Source: an uncultured Alphaproteobacteria bacterium (GTDB taxonomy: Bacteria; Pseudomonadota; Alphaproteobacteria; Rhizobiales; Beijerinckiaceae). From it: a stretch of 64,000 nt of DNA. Both the position numbers and the translations under genes were made by a program. Where the stretch lies: positions 229,073 to 293,072 of the forward strand of contig CAVQVS010000013.1 of NCBI GenBank assembly GCA_963717215.1, given 5' to 3'. The number at the start of each line of letters is the position of its first letter. Position 1 is the first letter of the stretch. Shown one piece after another: positions 9,313 to 19,254 of the stretch. Below the pieces are notes generated by a model that worked only from the letters and a program-made list of their open reading frames with translations, did not search any database and was not told the DNA's origin.

Positions 9313-10311
9313 TCATTGGCGCGCCGACGCGCCCCAGGATTTCAACGAGAAAAACAGGAGCGACGCGGAGACGACAAACAGGCCAGCATAGAACATCCAG
9401 CCGACAGCAAAATGCAAATCGGAAATCCACCGCGACAAGAAAAACGATATCATAGCCGTCAGCGCCGGGATCAAAAGAAAGAACATCGTGACGAAACCAT
9501 TGTCGGCGCCGGTGACGCTGAGCGCGACTTGATAGAGCACGCGGCCCACCGAGGCGGCGACGATTGTGCCCGAGATCATCAGGACCACCGGAATGATCTG
9601 ACCGAAATCCAATTCGGAACGCCAATACAAGAGTGGTGCCGCAGCTGGGATAAGCAGGAGCGCTGAGACAGTGAAATTCGCCGCGATTGCAGCGGACTCG
9701 TCGTATTTTGCGAACCACTTGCAGACGAGCGTTCCTCCGAGCGCCGAGCAGATCGGGACAGGAATGGCAAAGAGCCAAGTGCCATGCATCGCGCTTTCAG
9801 CCAGTTGGCTCAACTCCGGCCGATTGGCTTCGCCGACCTGGCTCCAGGCGACCGTCATCGCGCCGAGAAACCCGCTAACGAGGCAGGAGAAGAAGATCAG
9901 CGGTGAAACCGGGATCGGCACGCGCGCTATGAGCAGCGCCACGAAGGCGGCGAAAAAGGGTTGGAGGTTGATGATCGCCGAGATGATGATTGGATGCGCG
10001 TTGCTCAGTCCGAGCTTGAATAACAACAGACCGGCCATGCCGATAAGAAAGAGGACGCCAAACTTGAAGTAATTAGCCGGGTTTCCCAGCAACAAAACCA
10101 GGTCGCGGCGACTTTTCCCGCTCGCCATCAACAGCGGAATCGACATCACCAAGGCGACTTGGGTGAGGAACACGAACTGGGTCACGCTGAGCCGCTTGGC
10201 CGCCAGAAATGAGAACGGCTCTTGCACCGACAGCAAGAATGCGGTGACGACAGCGTAAATGCTCCCAAGCTTGTAATTGATTCGTCGTTTCTGCGTCGGC
10301 GGCGGTTGCAT
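9313..10311 (-). CDS. DMT-superfamily (EamA-like) membrane transporter
   Basis: About 10 hydrophobic helices in two similar halves. GC looks lower than in neighbouring genes by eye. Confidence 0.7.
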   Translation of the reverse strand: MQPPPTQKRRINYKLGSIYAVVTAFLLSVQEPFSFLAAKRLSVTQFVFLTQVALVMSIPLLMASGKSRRDLVLLLGNPANYFKFGVLFLIGMAGLLLFKLGLSNAHPIIISAIINLQPFFAAFVALLIARVPIPVSPLIFFSCLVSGFLGAMTVAWSQVGEANRPELSQLAESAMHGTWLFAIPVPICSALGGTLVCKWFAKYDESAAIAANFTVSALLLIPAAAPLLYWRSELDFGQIIPVVLMISGTIVAASVGRVLYQVALSVTGADNGFVTMFFLLIPALTAMISFFLSRWISDLHFAVGWMFYAGLFVVSASLLFFSLKSWGASARQ

Positions 10312-10610
10312 CTCGGCGAACCTGATCTCCGGCGCTGCAATATCGAGGGCTGGATGTTCCGGGCCCTGCCGGTCCGCTTAGAAATGACAACCTGTGCGAC
10401 CGGTTCGGCAACGCCGCTGTCGCCTTTTCCGCTTCAGGATGGGAAACTGCCCATACCGTGGTTCGGTTCCCCGCGCTGCGGGGCGGCGCGCCCTTTCACA
10501 GCGAGGATTGGGAATCTCAGCGGAGAGGCACATCACGAGGCCTTTGGACGCGCGTCTTTCATGCTGCGTCGCGGCGCGACAAGGGCGAGGTCATTGAGGA
10601 GGCGGAGTCT

Positions 10611-11129
10611 ATGAACATACTCGAAACGCGCAGACGCGATCTGGTCGCCGGCCCCTTGGTCGCGATGGCGACGATGGCGCTCGGTGCGAAACTCGGCAAA
10701 GCCGTTGGCGTCGATCCGGCAATGACGATCGTCACGCGGCCGGACGAGATTCCATGGAAGCCGCTTTACAACTTCCCGCCCGGAATGGCGGAATCGGCAA
10801 ACATGTTCGGCGATATCCACGCTCCCGGCCAATATTTCGTGCTCATCCGCTGGCACCCCGGGTACATGAGCGCGCCGCATTGGTACGAGACCGACCGGCT
10901 CTGCGTGGTCTTGTCCGGCACATGGTATGTCGCGAGCGGCGCGGATTTCGCTCCCGACGTGACGGTACCCGTGCCCGCTGGCTCATTCGTCCACCGGGTG
11001 GCGAAGACCCCTCACTATGACGGGGTCAAAAAGGGCGCGACGGAGCCGGCGATCATCGCGATTTCGGGCATGGGGCCGATCACGTACCACCTGACCGATC
11101 CAACAAAGCCGGGCTGGCGGGAGGTCTGA
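10611..11129 (+). CDS. Secreted cupin-domain protein (Tat-like signal)
   Basis: ATG 10611 follows GAGGAGG. N-terminus MNILETRRRDLVAGPLVAMATMALGA. Cupin-like core WHPGYMSAPHWYETDRLCVVLSGTWYV. Confidence 0.6.
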   Translation: MNILETRRRDLVAGPLVAMATMALGAKLGKAVGVDPAMTIVTRPDEIPWKPLYNFPPGMAESANMFGDIHAPGQYFVLIRWHPGYMSAPHWYETDRLCVVLSGTWYVASGADFAPDVTVPVPAGSFVHRVAKTPHYDGVKKGATEPAIIAISGMGPITYHLTDPTKPGWREV

Positions 11130-11162
11130 TCATCGGGCAGGTGGGAGCCCAAGCCCGCCAGG

Positions 11163-11460
11163 CTACGGGTCCCACGGGCGCGCCGAACTGCTCGCGCTTG
11201 CAGCCCGTGAAGCCCTGTTTGAGTTTCCGGATTGTTGAGCATCCTGAACGGAAACATCGGCGCGATCGCGCTCGGCTTCGTCCAGGCGCGCGATCTGGGC
11301 GGGCGACAGCATCACCTTTGTGGCGGTGAGATTGTTTTCGAACTGAGCCAGCGTGCGCGGACCGATGATCGGAAGCCGGCCCGGGCGAGGTCGTCGAAGC
11401 CCTCACAATCTCTTCGAGCGGCGTGAGGCCATCGGACACGCGCGCCCAGTCGGCGTTGGG
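11163..11460 (-). pseudogene. Aldo/keto reductase remnant (internal deletion plus frameshift)
   Basis: The minus strand reads LEEIVRA-DDLARAG joined directly to PIIGPRTLAQFENNLTATKVMLSPAQIARLDEA. The FPFRMLNNP tail is in another frame. Confidence 0.6.
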
Positions 11461-11483
11461 GGCGCGCCGCCGGCCAAACGCCG

Positions 11484-12209
11484 CTATTGAACAGCCGCCC
11501 CCATCACCAGAACGAATCCGCGGGTCTTGTTGTCGTTGACCGCGTCGGGGGTGTTCATGGCGGCGAACATGTCGGCTGTCTTCACCCAGACCGGCGGGTA
11601 TTTGTAGCGTGCGACGTCGAGAATGAGGAAGCGGTCAGCTTTTCCGTCATAGGCGGCGAGCGGCGATATATGGCCGCCGACTTCCTCGCCGAGCGCCTTG
11701 CGCAAGTAGTTCACGATCACGAAATGGCCGGGCTCGCGAAGATAGGCGCTGGCGAGCTTGCGGAACTCGTCAACCGAGGAATCCGCCGCGTGATGGACCT
11801 CGGCCTTGACCGGCTGCGTCGACAGAATGCCTCCAAGCTGGTCGAGCGTCATGCCCTGATGGGCCAGTGTCTCCCGCGGCAGGACGGCGTCCGTTCGCTC
11901 GCTCAGCACATTGTCCTGGGTGAAGGTGCGGTAAGGCGCGTATTCGGGAACCACCGGCGCAGGCACGCCAAGCGCGTTCAGGACCATGACCGTGCTAGCC
12001 ACGCCGCAATAAGCCTGGGTCTTCTGGGTCAGGAAATTGCTGGCGAGCGGGAAATAAGCTTCGTGCGCATCGCTCTCGCCGAAGTAGACCTCGCCGTCAT
12101 GGGTGCTGAATCCGGTCAGATTGTCAGGCAACGGTAGGGTGTCGGCGTTCGCGCCGGCAATGCAGAGCCCCAAGATCAACGTCGCGAACGCGACCCTAAG
12201 ATTTGGCAT
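11484..12209 (-). CDS. Phytochelatin-synthase-like (peptidase C83) secreted protein
   Basis: Signal peptide MPNLRVAFATLILGLCIAGANA. Catalytic-Cys context QKTQAYCGVASTVMVLNALG. Confidence 0.75.
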   Translation of the reverse strand: MPNLRVAFATLILGLCIAGANADTLPLPDNLTGFSTHDGEVYFGESDAHEAYFPLASNFLTQKTQAYCGVASTVMVLNALGVPAPVVPEYAPYRTFTQDNVLSERTDAVLPRETLAHQGMTLDQLGGILSTQPVKAEVHHAADSSVDEFRKLASAYLREPGHFVIVNYLRKALGEEVGGHISPLAAYDGKADRFLILDVARYKYPPVWVKTADMFAAMNTPDAVNDNKTRGFVLVMGAAVQ

Positions 12210-12690
12210 GGCCCCTGCTCCTGGCAGTAAAAAGTCGCCATAGCGGCGATGAGCGTTCACTCCGGCTCGAAGATGTAGGAGCACGTCCCGCCCCGAACGC
12301 CGTTCTCCAATATTGAGCTCCCAGACGTCGCGCGGTCACGAGATCCAAGCGACCACCGCAAGTGGCCGCATAGTTATAGATTGGTGTATCAAAAACCATT
12401 CCCCGATCGGAAGCGACGCGGTCGCAAGCGTCCATGATCCCCTGGTAGCAGGCGAGCAGCAATTCGTTTTACGGCGCTGTCCAGCCGGAGTCCGCCAAGG
12501 GCGGTTCGGTAGGGAAGTACTCCTCTTCAGCCAGAGCCGTTCCGATCACCCCTGAAAAGCGCAAGGCAACACATCGCTGCGATCCGGGGAGCGACAACGG
12601 CGCCGCCGATCCGGTTCATGAATATCTCCATGAATACCCAGTATCGACCTTGACGCCTTTCCCGGCAAGGAGCTACCTCGCCGGCCGCCT

Positions 12691-14928
12691 TCACGGCGTT
12701 CCGAACAGCTTGCTGAGCAGCCCCTTGTCGCGCGCCGATGGGCCACGTCCGCCATTGGGGATCTCGGCAGGCGGAAGGAGATCCCCGTCGTCGGCGCCCC
12801 CGGACGCTCCTCGGGGACCGACGACTCTCGCTTGCGGTGCGAAGTTCTGTGGAGCTGAGGGGGGCGGCTGCGGCGGACGCCCTCCGCGCCCGCCAGTCCC
12901 AAGCTGAGGGCCAGTGACGACGAGGGGTGGCGTTGGCGAGGCGTCCGGCGCATCCGCGCCGCGCCATGCTCCGAGCGGCAAGCCGGCGACGGGAACGCCC
13001 TCATGCGCCGCCTTCATGAACCGGCTCCAGATCTCGACTGGCAAATTGCCGCCCGACACTTTCTTGGTCGGAGAAGAATCGTCGTTGCCGAGCCAGACGC
13101 CGGCGACCAGATAGCTCGTGTAGCCGAGGAACCAGGCGTCGCGCCAATCCTGGCTGGTCCCAGTCTTGCCGGCGGCCTGCCAGCCGGGCAACTCGGCCTT
13201 GCGAGCGGTGCCTGTCAGTAGCGTTTCCTGCATCATCTGGTTCATCATCGCGACATATTGCGGGTCGATGACGCGGCCGAAATTCGCGTTGCGCCGCGCA
13301 TAGAGCTGCTTGCCGTTCGCCGTGCGCACACGCGCGATTACATGCGGCTGGACGCCGAGGCCCCCGTTGGCGAAGGCTGCATAGGCGGCAACCATCTCGA
13401 GCGGCGTCACGTCCGAAGAGCCAAGCGCGATCGATGGAACCGGATCGAGGTCGGACGTGATGCCGAGCCGGTGCGCGGTCGCAACCACCGTCTTCGGCCC
13501 GACTTCCTGCCCCAAGCGCACAGCGACCGTATTGAGCGAAAGCGATAGCGCCTTGGTGAGTGTCACCGGGCCGAAATATTCGCGCGAGTAATTTTCCGGG
13601 CTCCACCCTTTGACTGAGATCGGCGCATCGTCACGAACGGTGTCGGGAGTGAGCCCCTTCTCCAGGGCCGCCAGATAGACGAAGGGCTTGAATGACGAGC
13701 CGGGCTGGCGCTTGGCCGCGACCGCGCGATTGAACTGACTGTCGGCATAGTTGCGTCCGCCGATCATCGCCTTCACCGCGCCATTGGGATCGAGCGCAAC
13801 CAGCGCCCCCTGCTCGACGCCGAACTTGGCGCCCTTCGCATTGAGTTCGTCGGTCAGCGCATGCTCGGCCTCGGCCTGCATCTTGAGATCGATCGTGGTC
13901 GTCACCACGATGTCCTCGTCGATCGCGCCGACCGTGTCATTGAGCGCGTCCATCACATAGTCGGCCGCGTAGTTGATCGAGCCTGCGCTCTTGTCGCGCT
14001 TGACCTGCGCCGGATTGGCGAGCGCGGCCTTGGCCATCGCCTCGGTGATATGGCCCTGTTCGGCCATCGCTGTGATGACCTGCGCGGCGCGCTCGTTGGC
14101 CCCCTGGAGGTTACGGTTGGGCGCAAGTTTGGTTGGCGACTTCATGAGCCCAGCGAGAACCGCAGCTTCCGACAGCGTCACGAACCGCGCGCTCTTGCCG
14201 AAGTATTTCTGGGCCGCGGCCTCGACCCCATACGCCCCCGAGCCGAAATAGACTCGGTTGAGATAGAGTTCGAGGATCTGGTCCTTCGAGTAGCGGCGCT
14301 CGAGCCAAAAGGCCAGGATCGCCTCCTGGATCTTGCGCGGGAGCGTCCGCTCTCGAGTGAGGAACAGATTCTTGGCGAGTTGCTGGGTCAGCGTCGACCC
14401 GCCCTCTATGTTCCCGCCGCCGACCACGTCCCGCAGAAGCGCGCGCGACATGCCGATCGGATCGACGCCGTAATGGTCGTAAAACCGCCGATCCTCGATG
14501 GCCACGAACGCCTTGGGTAAATAGGGCGGGAGGTCTATGAGTTTGACCGCAGGCCCGCCCGTGTCGCCGCGATTGGCGATGAGGGAGCCGTCGTCGGATA
14601 GGATGGCGATATTGGGCGGCCGCTTGGGCACCGCGAGCTGATCAATCGGCGGCAGCTGGCTCGCGTAATAGATGAAAAGCCCGGCGAGGAAGATTGCGCC
14701 CCAAACTGAGAGCACGACGCCCCAGTAGACGAAATGGCCAATGACCGAACGGCGCGGTCTGCCTCGCTTTGCCCCGGAACCGGACCGCGAGGAGGCGTTC
14801 TTTTTCTTGCGGGCGGTCGGCGGGCGGTCGGCGGGATCGGCGCGAAGATCGCCTCCGAAGCCCCCGCCACGCGAATTGAGGCGCGGCTCGATCCGTGTCC
14901 GGGTTTTCTTGCGGCCTCGGCCGAACAT
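12691..14928 (-). CDS. mrcA: Penicillin-binding protein 1A (bifunctional transglycosylase/transpeptidase)
   Basis: Glycosyltransferase motifs EDRRFYDHYGVD and GGSTLTQQLAKN. Transpeptidase motifs SSFKP and KTGT. Confidence 0.9.
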   Translation of the reverse strand: MFGRGRKKTRTRIEPRLNSRGGGFGGDLRADPADRPPTARKKKNASSRSGSGAKRGRPRRSVIGHFVYWGVVLSVWGAIFLAGLFIYYASQLPPIDQLAVPKRPPNIAILSDDGSLIANRGDTGGPAVKLIDLPPYLPKAFVAIEDRRFYDHYGVDPIGMSRALLRDVVGGGNIEGGSTLTQQLAKNLFLTRERTLPRKIQEAILAFWLERRYSKDQILELYLNRVYFGSGAYGVEAAAQKYFGKSARFVTLSEAAVLAGLMKSPTKLAPNRNLQGANERAAQVITAMAEQGHITEAMAKAALANPAQVKRDKSAGSINYAADYVMDALNDTVGAIDEDIVVTTTIDLKMQAEAEHALTDELNAKGAKFGVEQGALVALDPNGAVKAMIGGRNYADSQFNRAVAAKRQPGSSFKPFVYLAALEKGLTPDTVRDDAPISVKGWSPENYSREYFGPVTLTKALSLSLNTVAVRLGQEVGPKTVVATAHRLGITSDLDPVPSIALGSSDVTPLEMVAAYAAFANGGLGVQPHVIARVRTANGKQLYARRNANFGRVIDPQYVAMMNQMMQETLLTGTARKAELPGWQAAGKTGTSQDWRDAWFLGYTSYLVAGVWLGNDDSSPTKKVSGGNLPVEIWSRFMKAAHEGVPVAGLPLGAWRGADAPDASPTPPLVVTGPQLGTGGRGGRPPQPPPSAPQNFAPQARVVGPRGASGGADDGDLLPPAEIPNGGRGPSARDKGLLSKLFGTP

Positions 14929-15178
14929 CGCTGATCCCGCTCGCGGCGTCTCCTTGATGAAGGAGCCTCGGGCGAAACACGCCCCGCCAGGTCGCGGAGC
15001 GTAAGGCTCGTGGTTTAAGGGCCGGTAAAGCTTACGCCAGAATTGACGAAGCAGCGAAAATCCTTGAGGACACGGGTTTCATATCACTTCCGCGCTCTTG
15101 CGCGCGCCGACGCGGCTTGGCAAGGTCCGCCCCCCTTATGGGGCGCGGCAGACGTCAGAGACTTCAGGATTTCAAGCG

Positions 15179-16297
15179 ATGAAGGTCACCATCGAGCGTT
15201 CGGTCCTGCTCAAAGCGCTTGGGCACGTGCACCGCATTGTCGAGCGGCGCAACACCATTCCGATCCTCGCCAATGTGCTGATCGAGGCCTCGGACGGCAA
15301 ATTAGCGCTAAAGAGCACGGACCTCGATCTTGAGGCCTCCGAGTCGGTTTCCGCCGACGTCGCCCAGAATGGCGCAACGACCGTCCCGGCGCACGTGATC
15401 TACGATATCGTGCGCAAGTTCCCCGACGGAGCGCAGGCGACTCTCGAGACGACCGGCGAGGCCAGCCAGCTCATCTTGCGCTCCGGCCGTTCGCGCTTCA
15501 CTTTGCAGGCACTGCCCGCCTCCGACTTTCCCGATCTCACCTCGGGCGAGTTTTCACACCGGTTCGCCCTGCCTGCGGCGGAGCTCAAACGCCTGATCGA
15601 GAATACCCAGTTCGCGATTTCGACCGAGGAGACGCGGTATTACCTGAACGGTATCTACCTCCACACCGTCGACGTCGGCGGGACGCTGATGCTGCGGGCG
15701 GTCGCGACCGACGGCCATCGCCTGGCTCGCGTCGAAACTCAAGCGCCGGAAGGGTCCTCCGGCATCCCGGGCGTCATCGTACCGCGGAAGGCCGTGAATG
15801 AAGTGCAGAAGCTGCTCGAAGACCTGAGCCAGGACGTATCGATCGAAATTTCCACCGCCAAGGCGCGCTTTCAGTTCGGCGATGTGGTGCTGACGACGAA
15901 ACTGATCGACGGCACTTTCCCCGACTATGCCCGCGTCATTCCCACCGGCAACGATAAGCTTTTGATCGTCGACAGGGATCCGTTCAGGAATGCAGTCGAT
16001 CGGGTTGCGACCCTCTCGTCGGAGCGCGGCCGGGCGATCAAGCTTGCAATCGCTGAGGGCAAGATTACGCTGTCGGTCAATAACCCCGACTCCGGCTCAG
16101 CCAGCGAAGAGATCGAGGCCGACTACGATTCGGCTCCCATCGATATCGGCTTTAACGCCCGATATCTGCTCGACATCGTTGGTCAATTGTCGTCCGACAC
16201 CGCCTCGATCCGCCTGGCCGATCCTGGCTCGCCCACCCTCATTCAGGATCGCGAAGGCGCGCCTGCGCTTTTCGTGCTAATGCCCCTGAGAGTGTGA
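15179..16297 (+). CDS. dnaN: DNA polymerase III beta sliding clamp
   Basis: MKVTIERSVLLKALGHVHRIVERRNTIPILANVLIEA...RAVATDGHRLA...LMPLRV; 372 aa from ATG 15179. Confidence 0.95.
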   Translation: MKVTIERSVLLKALGHVHRIVERRNTIPILANVLIEASDGKLALKSTDLDLEASESVSADVAQNGATTVPAHVIYDIVRKFPDGAQATLETTGEASQLILRSGRSRFTLQALPASDFPDLTSGEFSHRFALPAAELKRLIENTQFAISTEETRYYLNGIYLHTVDVGGTLMLRAVATDGHRLARVETQAPEGSSGIPGVIVPRKAVNEVQKLLEDLSQDVSIEISTAKARFQFGDVVLTTKLIDGTFPDYARVIPTGNDKLLIVDRDPFRNAVDRVATLSSERGRAIKLAIAEGKITLSVNNPDSGSASEEIEADYDSAPIDIGFNARYLLDIVGQLSSDTASIRLADPGSPTLIQDREGAPALFVLMPLRV

Positions 16298-17241
16298 AAG
16301 GGGAAACCTTGAACGTTTTCCAGTGGCTGCGCTACGGCCCTTGGCTCGCCCAGGTGGTCGTGACGCGGCGGTGCAACCTGAGATGTGGTTACTGCACCGA
16401 ATACGACCGGACTTCTGATCCTGTGCCGTACGATGAACTCGCTCGACGCCTCGCGAAGCTCGCGGAGCTGCGTGCATGGGCGGTCTGCCTGACAGGCGGC
16501 GAGCCAACGATGCACCCGCGCCTGCCGGATCTCGTAGCCGAGATGAAGAAGCTGGGTTTCAAGCGGCGCATGATGATCACGAACGGATGGCGTCTGACGC
16601 CGGCCCTCATCGACGCTCTCAATGGCGCCGGGCTCACGGACATGCAGATCAGCGTGGACGGGGTCAATCCGACAAAGGTCACCGCGAAAACCTTAAAGCC
16701 TTTGCGGAAAAAGCTGGAGCTACTTGCCGAGAAGGCGACCTTCAAGGTGGTCATGAGCGGCGTCATCGGCAGCGCGCCGGCTGAAGAGGCGCTCGAGGTC
16801 GTGGACTTCGCGAAGGCCCACGGCTTCACGCCGCGCATTCTGCTGGTTCATGACGAGAACGGGCAGTCGCGGCTGTCGCACGAGGAACTGAGCGTTTACG
16901 ACGAAGCGAAGCGCCGGATCGGCGACCGTGCGAATGAGGCCTTCGGATACCGGGGAAAGATGATCGAGTCCGGCGAAGCGCCGTTCAAATGCCGCTCAGG
17001 CTCACGCTATCTCTACATTGATGAATTTGGCAGCGTGCACTGGTGCTATCAGACGCGGGGCAGTTTCTCGAAGGACCTCCTCGCCTACACCTACGCGGAC
17101 CTTCGAGAACAATTCGACGCGCCGAAAAGCTGCAATACCCACTGCACCATCGGATGCGCCCGAACGGCCTCCGCCACGGACCAATGGCGCTCCCAGCGGG
17201 GCCTCGCTGACGCGCCTGTCGCGGCGGCGACAGCGCTATGA
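16294..17241 (+). CDS. Radical SAM protein with Cys-rich (SPASM/twitch-like) C-terminal region
   Basis: CNLRCGYC radical-SAM cluster motif and GGEP. C-terminal CRSGSRYLYIDEFGSVHWC...CNTHCTIGC. GTG 16294 overlaps the dnaN TGA (GTGTGA). Confidence 0.8.
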   Translation: MKGETLNVFQWLRYGPWLAQVVVTRRCNLRCGYCTEYDRTSDPVPYDELARRLAKLAELRAWAVCLTGGEPTMHPRLPDLVAEMKKLGFKRRMMITNGWRLTPALIDALNGAGLTDMQISVDGVNPTKVTAKTLKPLRKKLELLAEKATFKVVMSGVIGSAPAEEALEVVDFAKAHGFTPRILLVHDENGQSRLSHEELSVYDEAKRRIGDRANEAFGYRGKMIESGEAPFKCRSGSRYLYIDEFGSVHWCYQTRGSFSKDLLAYTYADLREQFDAPKSCNTHCTIGCARTASATDQWRSQRGLADAPVAAATAL

Positions 17242-17244
17242 AGG

Positions 17245-18330
17245 CAACGCGATGCCGAGCATCGCTCGTCATGAGTTCGTAGGGCTTTGCGCCACTCCGA
17301 AGCACCCTGATAGTTACACAACTTGTGATAGTTAAGCGGCAGGAGCTGTCGAAAGGCAGCTTCTGCGCAGGCTCGACCGACGGTCTGAAGTCCGGGGTGC
17401 GGTACGCGACGAATTCTGCGCGGCCTCCGAGAGCTCCGTCCGCGACCGGGTTCAGTTCGGGGGCGGGTGAGGGCAGGAAGATCGGGGTGATGTTTCTGGG
17501 CGGTCGAGCTTGCCCGTCGTATGCCATCCGGCGCGATCGAGCAGCAGGACGGCGTGTGCGCCTTCAGTTACATTGCGTGAGATCTCGTCGAGGTGAAGCT
17601 GCATCATCATGTCGGTGTCTGCATAGGGCAAAGCGAGAGCCGCTCCGACACCGCGAGCAGGACAGATCGCGCCGAACAGATAAGCGTTGTCGTATCGCTG
17701 GTCGGCGGGCTGTGTGGGCCGCGTTCCGCGCCGGGCCTACTGGCGCACGAGGCCGTTCTTCTGGCCGATCCGGGCCTCGTCCTGAAACCAGATCTCGACC
17801 GGCGTCGTCTCGGGGATGCCATCGAGATGAGCCTTCAACGCGCGGGCGAAGTTTTTTGAACGCCTCGACGATCCGCTCATCCTGCGCCGGATGGGGCGGT
17901 CTTGCGCTGATGTGGGAGAAGCCGATCTTCTTCAGAAGCGTCCCGACATAGCGCGCGTGGAAGTCGACGCCGAACCGCTCGGCGATGACCCGCTTGAGAT
18001 CGACACGCCGCCAGCGCACGACGCCGTCTTTCTCGCGCTCCGGGCCAGCCTCGACGATCTGCGCAAGCTCGACCACCTGCTCAGCCGAAAGCCGGGGCTT
18101 CGGGCCTTCCGTCCAGTTATCGAGAAGCCCCTCCGGACCGGAGGCGTTGAAGCGGTGAACCCAGTCGCGAAGCGTCTGACGCTCCATCCCGCCGATCCTC
18201 GCGGCCACCCCTCGGTCCATTCCGTCTCGAACCCCGGCCAAGGACAGAAGCCGTCGGCTCTGGTGACGTCCTTCGACCGGCAGGCGAGCCCACGCAACGC
18301 CGCCGCCAAATAATCCTCTCGTAATCTGAC
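17245..18330 (-). mobile_element. IS630-family insertion sequence, transposase decayed
   Basis: Minus-strand pieces include RQTLRDWVHRFNASGPEGLLDNW, HPAQDERIVEAFKK, ARIGQKNGLVRQ*ARRGTRP (TAG where W is expected) and NITPIFLPSPAPELNPV. They lie in at least three frames. Confidence 0.8.
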
Positions 18331-19180
18331 TGAAGGCATGGCGCTGGAGGATGAGAACGCCAAGCTTAAGCGGATGCTGGCGGACGTCATGCTGGACAAC
18401 GTTGCGCGGAAGGATCTCCTGGGAAAAAAATGGTGACGCCCGCCGCGCATCGGGAGGCTGCGGGATATCTGCAGTCGACCTACGAGATGAGCCCATCGGC
18501 GGGTGCCGGGTGATCCGCACCGACCGAACCAGCGTGCGTAATCACGCCAGGCGGTCGGATGACGGAGCGTTGCGCGAACGCCTGAAGGCCTTGGCCCAGG
18601 AGCGACGGCGCTTCGGCTATCGGCGGCTGCATGTGCTGCTGCGCCGCGAGGGCCATGCGGTCAACAGGAAGCGCGTCCAGCGGATCTACCGCGAGGAGCG
18701 GCTGACCGTGCGGCGCCGCGGCGGGCGCAAGCGGGCGATCGGCACCGAAGGCCGATCGAGACGCCTCTGGCGGCCAACAAGCGCTGGAGTTTAGACTTCG
18801 TCTCCGACCCGATGACGGACGGGCGGCGCTTCCGTATCCTGACCGTGATCGACAACTGCACGCGCGAATGCCTGGCCCTGGTGGCCGACACATCGCTGTC
18901 GGGACGCAGGGTCGCTCGCGAACTCGATGTCATCATCCGCCAACGCGGGCGCCCGGGCGCCATCGTCAGCGACAACGGCACCCAATACACCTTCCAATGC
19001 CATCCTCGGCTGGGCCGACGACACTGGCGTGGACTGGCCCTACATCGCGCCCGGCAAGCCTCAGCAAAACGGCTATAACGAGAGCTTCAACGGCCGGCTG
19101 CGGGACGAGCTGCTAAACGAGACACTCTTCCGATCTCTGCCCCACGCCCGCGGCAGGACCCTCGTTATCGCTGGATGACA
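18330..19180 (+). mobile_element. IS3-family (IS407-like) fragment, truncated at both ends
   Basis: An orfA tail (LEDENAKLKRMLADVMLDNVARKDLLGKKW) is followed by orfB pieces ([75 protein letters not shown]) with frame breaks. Confidence 0.8.
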
Positions 19181-19254
19181 AACGGGGGTCACTTCAAAAC
19201 GAAGTCTAAGTCATTCACGATGCTAATTGACGGCACTCTAAGGGTCTGAAAGTT

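Noticed and set aside
12290-12690. Possible disrupted gene for a small secreted Cys-rich protein (MNRIGGAVVAPRIAAMCCLAL..., then AEEEYFPTEPPLADSGWTAP, a stop, then NELLLACYQGIMDACDRVASDRGMVFDTPIYNYAATCGG)
   Set aside because: The reading needs one frameshift and read-through of a TAA, and I recognise no family. The evidence is too weak to call a feature.
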